Positions 1 to 8,684 of a DNA stretch of 64,000 nt are shown here, one piece after another. Location: contig CAWFQK010000004.1 in assembly GCA_963817955.1 (NCBI GenBank), forward strand, positions 448,001 through 512,000, given 5' to 3'. Origin of the DNA: an uncultured Gemmatimonadaceae bacterium. GTDB taxonomy: Bacteria > Gemmatimonadota > Gemmatimonadetes > Gemmatimonadales > Gemmatimonadaceae. The position numbers were made by a program, and so were the translations under genes. A model generated the notes under the pieces. It was not told where the DNA came from, searched no databases, and was given only the letters and a program-made list of their open reading frames with translations. Within the stretch, counting starts at the first letter, position 1. Every line of letters begins with the position of its first letter.

Positions 1-744
1 CTGCAGGAATTGCAGCGGGTCGTCGGACGCGATGAACCGGTACGTAGGCTCCGCGCCGGACGCAGCGGTCAACTGAGCATCGCCAAGCGTACGCGCCGCC
101 TCCGCGGCGGTCTCTTCAGCGCTGTCGATGAGAGCAACGTCGGGCCCGAGCACGGCGAGCAGCAACGGCTTGAGCAGCGGATAATGCGTGCAGCCGAGGA
201 CGAGGGTATCGATGTCCGCTGCAACGAACGGCGCGAGATACTCGCGCGCGATGAGTCGCGTCGCGTCGTGATCCGTCCATCCCTCCTCGACAAGCGGCAC
301 GAACAAGGGACAGGCCCGGGCGGTGATCACCACATCCGGATTGAGCGCGCGTATGGCGCGCTCGTACGCACCGGACTTGATGGTGCCGACGGTGCCGATG
401 ACTCCAATGCGACCTTCGCGTGTGGCCGCGACCGCGGCACGCGCACCCGGTTCGACCACACCGATCACGGGCATGTCGAACTCCTCGCGAAGTACCGTCA
501 GGGCGTGCGCCGTGGCAGTGTTGCAGGCGATGATGATGCTCTTGACTCCTTGCTCCTGCAGAAAGCCGGCGATCTCGCGGCTATAACGGCGAACGGTGTC
601 AGGACTTTTCGGGCCGTAGGGCACGCGCGCCGTGTCGCCAAAGTAGATGACGCTTTCGTGGGGCAGTTGCCGGATAACTTCGCGTGCCACGGTGAGGCCA
701 CCAATGCCCGAATCGAATACGCCAACGGGCGCGGAGCGATCCAT
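1..744 (-). CDS. murI: Glutamate racemase (3' end runs off the window)
   Basis: Manual minus-strand translation from ATG 744 gives MDRSAPVGVFDSGIGGLTV...YFGDTARVPYG...VIACNT. It is missing from the ORF track because it has no stop in the window. Start overlaps the upstream stop (TAATG). Confidence 0.95.
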   Translation of the reverse strand, partial: MDRSAPVGVFDSGIGGLTVAREVIRQLPHESVIYFGDTARVPYGPKSPDTVRRYSREIAGFLQEQGVKSIIIACNTATAHALTVLREEFDMPVIGVVEPGARAAVAATREGRIGVIGTVGTIKSGAYERAIRALNPDVVITARACPLFVPLVEEGWTDHDATRLIAREYLAPFVAADIDTLVLGCTHYPLLKPLLLAVLGPDVALIDSAEETAAEAARTLGDAQLTAASGAEPTYRFIASDDPLQFLQ

Positions 745-1310
745 TACCACGCCAATGCCGCGGAGATCGCGGTGCCGTTTGGTGTGGCGCGAAGGCCGAG
801 ACGGATCGGCACGTCCCACAGGTGCGCGGCCACGTAGGCGTCAGCGCCGGCGAATAGATGGTTTGCGACGAGCAGGGCGACCCAGTCTTCCACATGCGCT
901 TCGCGCGTGTGGATGTACTTGTCGTCGAAACGCGGAGGAACCCTGGTGATGCCCGAGGTGCCATTCGCGTTGACATACGACACGATCACCGAATCACTGG
1001 CCATGCGGCGCGCCTCGTGAACGTCGGCGGCCGACTCGCGGATCATGACGAGCGCGATCCCCTCGACAAACATGAATGTGGTAGCGGCCTTATTGCGCCC
1101 AAGGCGGCTCTGCGAATAGCCCGGTGCGAGAAACGAATACAGGAACGCGCGACGCGGTGAAATCGGTGGATTGAGCGAGTCGACCCGCGCAGTGGGCACG
1201 ACTGGCGCGCGCCGCGCACTGTCAGGCCGCTGCGCCTGCGCCGCCGTGGACGCGACGAGCGCGACAACGAGCGAGACCACCAACCGCAGCAAGCGATTCG
1301 AATTTGGCAT
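744..1310 (-). CDS. Hypothetical exported/membrane protein (DUF5683-like)
   Basis: C-terminal part of ORF 744..1784. Start placed at MPNSNRLLRLVVSLVVALVASTAAQA (signal peptide) because the longer ORF runs through tRNA-Sec. Motifs SPRRAFLYSFLAPG and DAYVAAHL. Confidence 0.65.
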   Translation of the reverse strand: MPNSNRLLRLVVSLVVALVASTAAQAQRPDSARRAPVVPTARVDSLNPPISPRRAFLYSFLAPGYSQSRLGRNKAATTFMFVEGIALVMIRESAADVHEARRMASDSVIVSYVNANGTSGITRVPPRFDDKYIHTREAHVEDWVALLVANHLFAGADAYVAAHLWDVPIRLGLRATPNGTAISAALAW

Positions 1311-1338
1311 CGAGTTGGTTCTGGAACGCCAGGCACGC

Positions 1339-1436
1339 TGGCGGGAGTGCATGGGAATCGAACCCACCCAACCCGACAGAGTCAGGTCGCGAACGGTTTT
1401 GAAGACCGTGAGAGCCACCAGGCTCCATCCACTCCC
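1339..1436 (-). tRNA. selC: tRNA-Sec (anticodon UCA)
   Basis: Reverse complement GGGAGTGG-AT-GGAGCC-TGGT-GGCTCT-C-ACGGT-CTTCAAA-ACCGT-long variable arm-GTGGG-TTCGATT-CCCAT-GCACTCCC-G-CCA. Shows a 6-bp D stem with 4-nt loop, TCA anticodon, long extra arm and encoded CCA. Confidence 0.95.
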
Positions 1437-1443
1437 AGCACTG

Positions 1444-2502
1444 TCACGCAAGCACGAGACCGTGGAGTCCACGCGGAACAACCTCCCCGATCTCGACGCT
1501 CTCGGGTACGAGTGTAAGATACTCCGCCACTCGATCGCTCGGCACAGCGACCAGCAAGCCGCCCGACGTCTGCGGGTCGATGAGCAGCGCGCGGAGCACC
1601 TCCGGCGTATCGCCCCAATCAACGAGCGGCTGCAGATAATCGGCATTTCGCTCGGCACCACCAGTCCGAGTCCCCTGCTCCCATGCGCGGCGAGCGCCTG
1701 GGAGTAGCGGCACGCGCGCCGGATCAATGCGGAGCGTGACCTGGCTGGCGCTTGCGATATGCGACGCGTGACCGAGCAGTCCAAATCCCGTCACGTCAGT
1801 CGCACAGCGCGCACCGACCGCGAGGGCAGAACGGCTGGCGTTCATGTTGAGCGTGCACATGGACGCGTACATCGCCAAAGCCTCATCGTTTCCCAACGCG
1901 TCGTGCTTGGCAGCAGTAGCCAGGAGGCCGGTACCGAGCGGCTTCGTGAGGATGAGCCGCTCACCGACGCTTGCCTGTGCGTTGCTGAGCAGGTGACCGG
2001 GATGCACGCGACCGGTGACGGCGAGGCCGAACTTCAGCTCTTCGTCGATGACGCTGTGACCGCCGACGACGAGCGCTCCGGCCTCATGCACCTTGTCCTG
2101 GCCGCCACGCAGAATCTCTGTGAGAACGGATGTCGGCAGCTTCTCCGCGGGGAAGCACACGATGTTCAGCGCAGTGAGCGGCTCGCCCCCCATGGCATAG
2201 ACATCGGACAGCGCGTTTGTCGCGGCGATCTGACCAAAGAGGTACGGATCGTCGACGATGGGAGCGAAGAAATCGACTGTCTGTACGAGCGCGACATCGG
2301 CGGACAGCACAAATACCCCTGCGTCGTCGAAGGTCTCACGCCCCACAATGAGGCGCGGATCCGATCGCACGGGAAGCCCGCTCAACGCACGCGACAGGTC
2401 GCCCGGACCCAGCTTGGCAGCTCAGCCCGCGCAGCGGGCGAACGACGTCAGGCGGAAGAGTTCCTGTCGTGTCTTCGAAGTATTGTCCGCGTCGTGACTC
2501 AT
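1444..2502 (-). CDS. selD: Selenide, water dikinase (selenophosphate synthetase), selenocysteine-containing
   Basis: ORFs 2422..2643 and 1444..2385 are in the same frame, separated by TGA at 2424-2422, giving RLTSFARCAG-U-AAKLGPGDL. Also DDAGV, TVDFF, GGHS, DVTGFGLLGH and DPQTSGGLL motifs. Confidence 0.95.
2395..2411 (-). promoter_or_regulatory. Candidate bacterial SECIS hairpin in selD
   Basis: TGGGTC-CGGGC-GACCTG hairpin starting about 11 nt after the in-frame UGA, with a G-rich apical loop. Confidence 0.6.
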
Positions 2503-2551
2503 GGCCCGGTTGAAAGAACGCCTCGGCACACCCTCGCAAGGCGGAAAGAGC

Positions 2552-2935
2552 TTACGGAACCGCGACGATCGCGTCGATCTCAACCAGCACACCGCGCGGC
2601 AGCGCCGACACTTGCACGGTGGAGCGGGCCGGACGCGCACCACCGAGCGCTGTACCGTACACCTCGTTCACGATCGGAAAATCGTTCATGTCTTGCAGGA
2701 ACACTGTCGTCTTGACCACGTCTTTCCACGAAGCGTTCACGGTTGCCAGAATCGCGGCCAGATTCTGCATGACGCGCTCCGTCTGCACCCGCACATCGCC
2801 GGCAACGATCTGACCAGTGGCGGGATCGATGGCGATCTGCCCGGCGGTGTACAACAGGCCATTGACGACAATGCCCTGCGAATACGGGCCGATGGCGGCG
2901 GGTGCTTTATCCGTATGGACAATCTTGAGGCTCAC
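2552..2935 (-). CDS. ridA: RidA/YjgF family enamine/imine deaminase
   Basis: APAAIGPYSQG, AGQI, VKTTVFL, PARSTVQVSALPRGVLVEIDAI. Confidence 0.9.
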   Translation of the reverse strand: MSLKIVHTDKAPAAIGPYSQGIVVNGLLYTAGQIAIDPATGQIVAGDVRVQTERVMQNLAAILATVNASWKDVVKTTVFLQDMNDFPIVNEVYGTALGGARPARSTVQVSALPRGVLVEIDAIVAVP

Positions 2936-3727
2936 GAATCGCTCCTCGATGACAGTGGAAGGTCGAAGAACCGAATGCTATTAGCGACGGTCATCGCACC
3001 GATCGCCGAGGCGCTGACGCCTCGCGCGGCAGCGATGCGCGCGACGGTGAAGCTAACCCACGCTGGCTCGTTGCGCTTGCCGCGATGCGGGACGGGCGCG
3101 AGGTACGGGGCGTCGGATTCGACGAGCAAACGGTCGTCGGGAACGAGCCGAAGGAGGGCGTCATCGTCCCATTTCTTGAAGGTCACGATGCCACTGAAGG
3201 AAACGTACCAGCCGACGGCGAGCGCAGCTTCGGCAAGGTGGTACGACCCGGTATAGCAATGGAGCACACCACGCACTCCTCCTCTCCCCGCCTCCGTCAC
3301 CATCGCCAGCGTATCGTCCTCGGCCAGGCGCGTGTGGACAACGATTGGGCGACCCAGTCTCGTGCGCAAGCGCCAGTTGCGCACCGAATGCGTGGCGCTG
3401 CAGGTCACGCGGCGAGTGATCGTAGTGATAGTCGAGCCCGCACTCACCGATGGCGACCGCGCCGCGGGTGAGGAGGGCTCTCAACGCGGCCATATCCGTG
3501 GCAGCGTCGAACGCAGCCGCATCGTGCGGGTGTATGCCAGCGGTGAAGAAGACGACGCCGGGATGGGCGGCGGCAACGGCGGACGCCCGCTCCGCGGCGG
3601 CGAGGGACTCGCCGATGCAGACCATGGCCAATGCGCCGGTCTGGCACGCGCGCTCAATGACAATGTGCCGATCGTCATCGAACGCGGGATCGGCGAGGTG
3701 TGCGTGACTATCGATGAACGCGACCAT
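2932..3727 (-). CDS. TatD family hydrolase (one apparent frameshift near 3355)
   Basis: IDSHAHL, GIHPH and AIGECGLDYHY in ORF 3161..3727; VVHTR, GVLHCY and LVESDAPYLAPVPHRGKRNEP in ORF 2932..3447. Confidence 0.9.
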
Positions 3728-3772
3728 GGACGTGCGAACCGCCGCGCGAGGCGGCGGTTCAGCAAACGTTGA

Positions 3773-4783
3773 CTAGCGCGTGCCGACGGCAGACGGCTGT
3801 TCGCGTCGCCGCCCTTCGGCGAGCGCGCGAGATGTGCCCTTGCTCTCGGTACCGCCGCTGCGCGGCCACTTGCGCTCAATCCAGAGCAGGAGCGCACCGG
3901 CCACGTAGATCGAACTGAACGTGCCGGTGAATATACCGAACGCCATGATCCACGAGAAGGGGCGAATGACTTCGCCAGCAAAGAAGAGCAGCGACAATGT
4001 CGCCGCAAGCACAGTGGCGTGCGTCAGCACGGAGCGCGGCAGCGTCTCGTTGATCGAGCGGTTGAGCACGTCGCGGAGTGACTCCTTCCGCTGCTTCTTC
4101 AGGTTCTCGCGCACGCGATCGAAGATGATGATCGTGTCGTTGAGCGAGTAGCCGATCACGGTGAGCAGCGCCGCGACGACCGTGAGCGAAATCTCGAGAT
4201 GCATCATCGCGAGGAACGCGATGGTCGTCAGGATGTCGTGCGCGGTGGCGAATGTGGCAGCAACGCCAAAGCGCCACTCGAAGCGGATCGCCAGATAGAT
4301 CAACGTGACGATGAAGGAGATCAGAATCGCGGTGATCGCCTTGGTCTGTAGTTCGGCGCCGACCCGAGGGCCGACCGCCTCGGCGCGCATGACCTTGGCG
4401 CGGTTGTTCGGAATGCGCTGCGCCGATGCGGCGACGATCTGCAAACCGACGCTATCGGCGTTCGCCGCCGCGGCCTCACCAGCCTTGGGGCGAACGCGAA
4501 CCAGAAACTCGTTTGGCTTTCCAAACGTCGTGACTTCAGCGCCGCTGAAGCCGGCCGCATCAACCGAGGCACGCACCGCGTCAGGTGACGGCGCCTGCGC
4601 GAACTCCAGCTGCACCACCGCACCGCCAGTGAATTCGACACTGTAGTTCAGCGCGTTCCCCGTGCGGATTTTGTGGTACCCGAGAAGCGCAAACCCGAGG
4701 ACGATGAACCCGATTGTTCCGAGTGCGGCCGTCTTCCAGTGCTTGATGAAGTCGAGATTGGTATCGTGAAGAATGCGCAGCAT
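3773..4783 (-). CDS. secF: Protein translocase subunit SecF
   Basis: VEFTGG, VGPRVGAEL, IRFEWRF, GYSLNDTIIIFDRVREN. Confidence 0.95.
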   Translation of the reverse strand: MLRILHDTNLDFIKHWKTAALGTIGFIVLGFALLGYHKIRTGNALNYSVEFTGGAVVQLEFAQAPSPDAVRASVDAAGFSGAEVTTFGKPNEFLVRVRPKAGEAAAANADSVGLQIVAASAQRIPNNRAKVMRAEAVGPRVGAELQTKAITAILISFIVTLIYLAIRFEWRFGVAATFATAHDILTTIAFLAMMHLEISLTVVAALLTVIGYSLNDTIIIFDRVRENLKKQRKESLRDVLNRSINETLPRSVLTHATVLAATLSLLFFAGEVIRPFSWIMAFGIFTGTFSSIYVAGALLLWIERKWPRSGGTESKGTSRALAEGRRREQPSAVGTR

Positions 4784-4792
4784 GAGAGACCC

Positions 4793-6478
4793 TTAGATGC
4801 TCAACGTCTGGGCGCCGCGCGAGCGGTTCAGCCACAGGAGATAGAAAGTCCGCACCACGAAGATCGAGGTGACGAGCGAAGCGGCGATACCGGCCATCAG
4901 CGTGACGGCGAAGCCCTTCACCGCGCCCGTGCCATACTGGTACAACACGGCAGCAGTGAGCATCGTCGACACATTGGAGTCGACGATGGCAGGCATCGCG
5001 TGCCGGAATCCCTCCTCGATCGCCGTGCGTACGGTCTTGCCGCGAGCCAGTTCTTCGCGAATGCGCTCGAAGATCAGCACATTGGCGTCCACCGCCATTC
5101 CGATCGAGAGCACGAAGCCGGCGATGCCGGGCAGTGTCAGCGTCGCGTCAAACCCGGCGAGCGCGGCGAGCGTGTAGAGCATGTACAGCGCGAGCCCGCC
5201 AACCGCCAGCAGGCCGGAGAACCGATAATACACGAGCATGATTATCACGACGAGGCCGACGGCAATGAGCGACGCGCGAAGCCCTTTGGCGATGGAATCC
5301 TGACCGAGGCTCGGACCGATGCTCTGCACCTGCGCCACGCGGAGCGGCACTGGCAGCGCACCAGCGCGAAGCACGAGCGCCAGATCCTGTGCGGCCGCGA
5401 GATCCTTGCCACCCATGGTGATCTGCCCGCGGGTGCCAATGGCGCTCTGAATGACCGGCGGACGGCCCATGACGCGATTATCGAGGATGATCGCCATGAA
5501 GTCCCCGATGTGCTTGGCCGTCTCGTTTCGAAAGCGGCGACCGCCCTCGTTATTCAACTCGAACTCAACGATAGTGCCTTCGGCGCTCTGGTTCGGCTGC
5601 GCCTTTATGAGATCGACGCCGGTCATGATGGGCTTCGAGTCCACGACGTAGTAGGAGCGATACCACCTTCCCTGCAGTGACGTCGTGTCTGTACCCGGAA
5701 GCAAGTCCTTGCCCGGGGGCAACGCGGCCTTCACCGATGAGTCGGCGAGGTATTTGTCCAGCGTCGGAACCTGCGACGTCTCAACGTAGAACTCGCCAGG
5801 CATGCCGCCCTGCTGCAGCAGCGACGAGAACGCACCACCCGGCTGAATCTTGAGTGAATCGGCAGTAGCGGTATCCTTCTTTGCTGCGACAGCGCCGGCC
5901 TTCGTCGTGTCCGTCTTCGTCGTATCCGCGGTCTTCAACAGTCCCTGAAGACCTTTGTTCGCCAAAGATGCCTTCGCCCCCGTATCCGTGCTGGCCGCAG
6001 CGACCAGTCCGCGTTGCCTGATCACCTGATCGATCTTCGGCAGCGCCCGCTCGAGCGCCTGCGTCTTATCCGTGATCTTGAACTCCAGGAACGCCTGCTG
6101 CTCCACGAGCGCACGGGCGCGTTCCGGATCTTGAATGCCCGGAATCTGCACCACGATGCGGTCGCTCCCCTGCTTCTGCACGACGGACTCCGAGACGCCG
6201 TAGCCCTCGATGCGCGACCGCACCGTCTTGAGCGCGCGGTCGATCGCTTCGGCCTTGTCGGACGCAGGAATCTTCTGCTTGGAGTCGTCGACCTCGAGGG
6301 CGAGATACGTACCGCCCCGCAAGTCGAGACCGGGCTTGAGCGGAATGGTGCGAACGGTCTGATCGTGGAGCACACCGTCGGCGCCACGAACGCGCGTCGT
6401 CACGTCACGAGGGAACAGCGCCCAGAGGGACAGCAGACAGAGAGCGACGATGGTCAGTACGCGATACTTCAGGGGCAT
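4793..6478 (-). CDS. secD: Protein translocase subunit SecD
   Basis: GLDLRGG, LRAGALP, IGPSLGQDSI, GMAVDANVLIFERIREE. Confidence 0.95.
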   Translation of the reverse strand: MPLKYRVLTIVALCLLSLWALFPRDVTTRVRGADGVLHDQTVRTIPLKPGLDLRGGTYLALEVDDSKQKIPASDKAEAIDRALKTVRSRIEGYGVSESVVQKQGSDRIVVQIPGIQDPERARALVEQQAFLEFKITDKTQALERALPKIDQVIRQRGLVAAASTDTGAKASLANKGLQGLLKTADTTKTDTTKAGAVAAKKDTATADSLKIQPGGAFSSLLQQGGMPGEFYVETSQVPTLDKYLADSSVKAALPPGKDLLPGTDTTSLQGRWYRSYYVVDSKPIMTGVDLIKAQPNQSAEGTIVEFELNNEGGRRFRNETAKHIGDFMAIILDNRVMGRPPVIQSAIGTRGQITMGGKDLAAAQDLALVLRAGALPVPLRVAQVQSIGPSLGQDSIAKGLRASLIAVGLVVIIMLVYYRFSGLLAVGGLALYMLYTLAALAGFDATLTLPGIAGFVLSIGMAVDANVLIFERIREELARGKTVRTAIEEGFRHAMPAIVDSNVSTMLTAAVLYQYGTGAVKGFAVTLMAGIAASLVTSIFVVRTFYLLWLNRSRGAQTLSI

Positions 6479-6534
6479 ACGACTGCGGGAAGGAGGTAGG
6501 GGTCTTGCAGAGAACCTATAACGTTAACTGGCCC

Positions 6535-7458
6535 TTATGCTTGGGTCAACGCGAGACGGGCGTCGGCGGCGTCGCGACCGAGCTGCGCCACGAGGGCATC
6601 AACACGATCGAAACGCGTTGTGTCCCGTAGACGACGAATCAACTGCACGGATACCGCATCGCCATACCAGTCTCCATGCGTGTCGAACAGATGCACCTCG
6701 AGTCCCCGGTTGAAGTCGCCAAAGGTGGGACTGGGACCGAGGTTCATCATGCCACCGAACGTGCCGTGACTGCTCTGCGCACGAACAGCGTATACCCCTT
6801 CCGGCGGAAGAAGTTTGCGCGGAGAAAGCAGACGGATGTTGAGGGTCGGATATCCGAGATCGCGACCGCGCTGATGTCCATGCACCACGTCGCCGCGAAA
6901 CGAATACGGTCGCCCAAGCCCACGCGCGGCGCGATCGAGATCGCCATGCGCGATCGCGGTGCGAACCGCGCTCGACGACACGGGCCGTCCCAACGCATCG
7001 AGCGTCGGCGGCACCACATCCACATCGAACCCCGTGCGCTTCCCAATTTCGCGCAGGGCGGTGGCGTCGCCTTGCCGCCCGCGGCCGAGTCCGTGGTCGT
7101 ATCCAATCACGAGCTCGCGCATGTGATAGCGGCGCATCAGCAGTTCACTGACGAATGCCGCTGCCGAGTAGTGCGCAAGCGTGCTGGTGAACGGAAGCAC
7201 GGCGACGAGCAGCGGTCCGCTATCGGCGAGCGCATCGAGATGCTCGGCCCCCGGCGTGAGCAGCATGGGCGCCGCCGATGGATTGACGACTTCGAGTGGG
7301 TGGGGACTGAACGTCACGAGCACTGCGGGCAAGCCGCGCTCGCTTGCCCGCACATGGACGCGCTCGAGAATGTCGCGGTGCCCAACGTGTACGCCATCGA
7401 ACGTGCCGACGGTGACCACCGAGCCGGCGCGAAGCTGCGGAAAGCCGACATCAGGCAT
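6535..7458 (-). CDS. ribF: Bifunctional riboflavin kinase/FAD synthetase
   Basis: GTFDGVHVGH, VSSSAVR, GRDLGYPTLN, LEVHLFD. Confidence 0.93.
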   Translation of the reverse strand: MPDVGFPQLRAGSVVTVGTFDGVHVGHRDILERVHVRASERGLPAVLVTFSPHPLEVVNPSAAPMLLTPGAEHLDALADSGPLLVAVLPFTSTLAHYSAAAFVSELLMRRYHMRELVIGYDHGLGRGRQGDATALREIGKRTGFDVDVVPPTLDALGRPVSSSAVRTAIAHGDLDRAARGLGRPYSFRGDVVHGHQRGRDLGYPTLNIRLLSPRKLLPPEGVYAVRAQSSHGTFGGMMNLGPSPTFGDFNRGLEVHLFDTHGDWYGDAVSVQLIRRLRDTTRFDRVDALVAQLGRDAADARLALTQA

Positions 7459-8314
7459 CGCGCAGCACCACTTTCATACGGAGCTCGTCACCGGACCGAT
7501 CGGCGACGGCGATGAGCGTTTGCTCAGCATCGACCAGGGCAACGCGAGGCGCATCGCTGGTCGCGGCAAGGACGTTGCCGTGCAGCACCCGGCGCAGCTC
7601 GTCGGGCAAGAGCTGCCGAGCCGGCAGCGACGGAACGGCGCCGCGCAATGGCCGCGGCAGCGAATCGCGGGCTATCAGTTGCTCGATCGTGGCGGCGTCC
7701 GCAACGGAGAAGGGACCGCTCGCCGTGCGGCGCAGCGCGATAAGATGCGCGGCGCTCTTGGAGAGCCGTCCAAGGTCGCGCGCGAGAGCACGAATGTACG
7801 TGCCGCCACCACAGACGATGCGCACCGTCAGGTCGTCGCCGGTGCGACCCAGTAGTTCCCACGAGTGGACGGTGATACGGGACGGCGGCAAGTCGAGCAT
7901 CTCGCCGCGCCGCGCCGCGGTATACGCTCGCGTACCCGCGACCTTTTTCGCGGAGTACGCCGGTGGAATCTGATCAATTGGGCCAGTGAGCCGCGCGATC
8001 GCCTCGGCCACGGCAAGGTCCGCCGGCGGCTCGGCCATACGCCGCACCATGCCGGTCAGATCGTCGGTATCGGTTTCGATGCCGAACCGGATCGTTGCGT
8101 CGTACACTTTGGGCTCGCCATCGACGTACGGGATCAGACGTGTTCCGCGACCAACGAGCACGACCAACAATCCGGTCGCGAATGGGTCGAGCGTGCCGGT
8201 GTGACCAACGCGGCGCGAGCCGGTGATCCGCCGAACGATCGCCACGACGTCGTGGGACGTGATGCCCAGCGGCTTGTCGACGAGTAACAGACCGTCAGTC
8301 GTCGGCTTCTCCAT
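7451..8314 (-). CDS. truB: tRNA pseudouridine(55) synthase
   Basis: GLLLVDKPLGITSHDVV, VGHTGTLDPFATGLL, PPAYSAKK, GTYIRALARDLG. Start placed at MEKPTTDG. Confidence 0.93.
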   Translation of the reverse strand: MEKPTTDGLLLVDKPLGITSHDVVAIVRRITGSRRVGHTGTLDPFATGLLVVLVGRGTRLIPYVDGEPKVYDATIRFGIETDTDDLTGMVRRMAEPPADLAVAEAIARLTGPIDQIPPAYSAKKVAGTRAYTAARRGEMLDLPPSRITVHSWELLGRTGDDLTVRIVCGGGTYIRALARDLGRLSKSAAHLIALRRTASGPFSVADAATIEQLIARDSLPRPLRGAVPSLPARQLLPDELRRVLHGNVLAATSDAPRVALVDAEQTLIAVADRSGDELRMKVVLRDA

Positions 8315-8684
8315 CCGCGGGCGGCTGCCCCTCTTTGATGCGAGCCAGGAGGTCCTCGATGCGGGAGGCGCGAGCGATGCTCTCGTCGGCCTGAACGTGA
8401 TGTGCGGCGCGATGCGCAGGCGCAGCGCGCGCCCGACCCGCGCCGCGCAACGCGGTCGCGACGCTCTCGAGTCCCTCCATCGTGGCTGGCGCGCTCGGCG
8501 TCTGACCCGTAGATGCTGACGAACACGTTGGCCTGCGCGAAGGTCGCGCGACATCTCGACCGCGGTCACGGTGACGAGGCCGACGACGCGCGGGATCCTT
8601 CACGCCGCCAGCGAGGAACGCGCGCGATCTCCTCGCGAATCGCTTCGCCGACGCGGTCGGGAGCGGCGGGTGTCGCGCGGCCAC
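8295..8684 (-). CDS. rbfA: Ribosome-binding factor A (apparent frameshifts, coordinates approximate)
   Basis: Fragments PDRVGEAIREEIA, VKDP, VTAVEMSRDL, LRLRIAPHITF and DESIARASRIEDLL. Lies between infB and truB. Confidence 0.85.
   Translation of the reverse strand: MAARHPPLPTASAKRFARRSRAFLAGGVKDPARRRPRHRDRGRDVARPSRRPTCSSASTGQTPSAPATMEGLESVATALRGAGRARAAPAHRAAHHVQADESIARASRIEDLLARIKEGQPPADGEADD

Noticed and set aside
10..837. 275-aa plus-strand ORF and similar long antisense ORFs (e.g. 1759..2715, 21585..22637, 46971..48461)
   Set aside because: Shadow ORFs opposite clear minus-strand genes in high-GC DNA.
1311..1345. Genomic island integrated at tRNA-Sec
   Set aside because: The flanking genes are housekeeping, and I saw no duplicated tRNA 3' end or integrase.
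744..1784. 346-aa ORF as listed in the track
   Set aside because: Its 5' half overlaps selD and tRNA-Sec; only the part from 1310 looks like a real gene.
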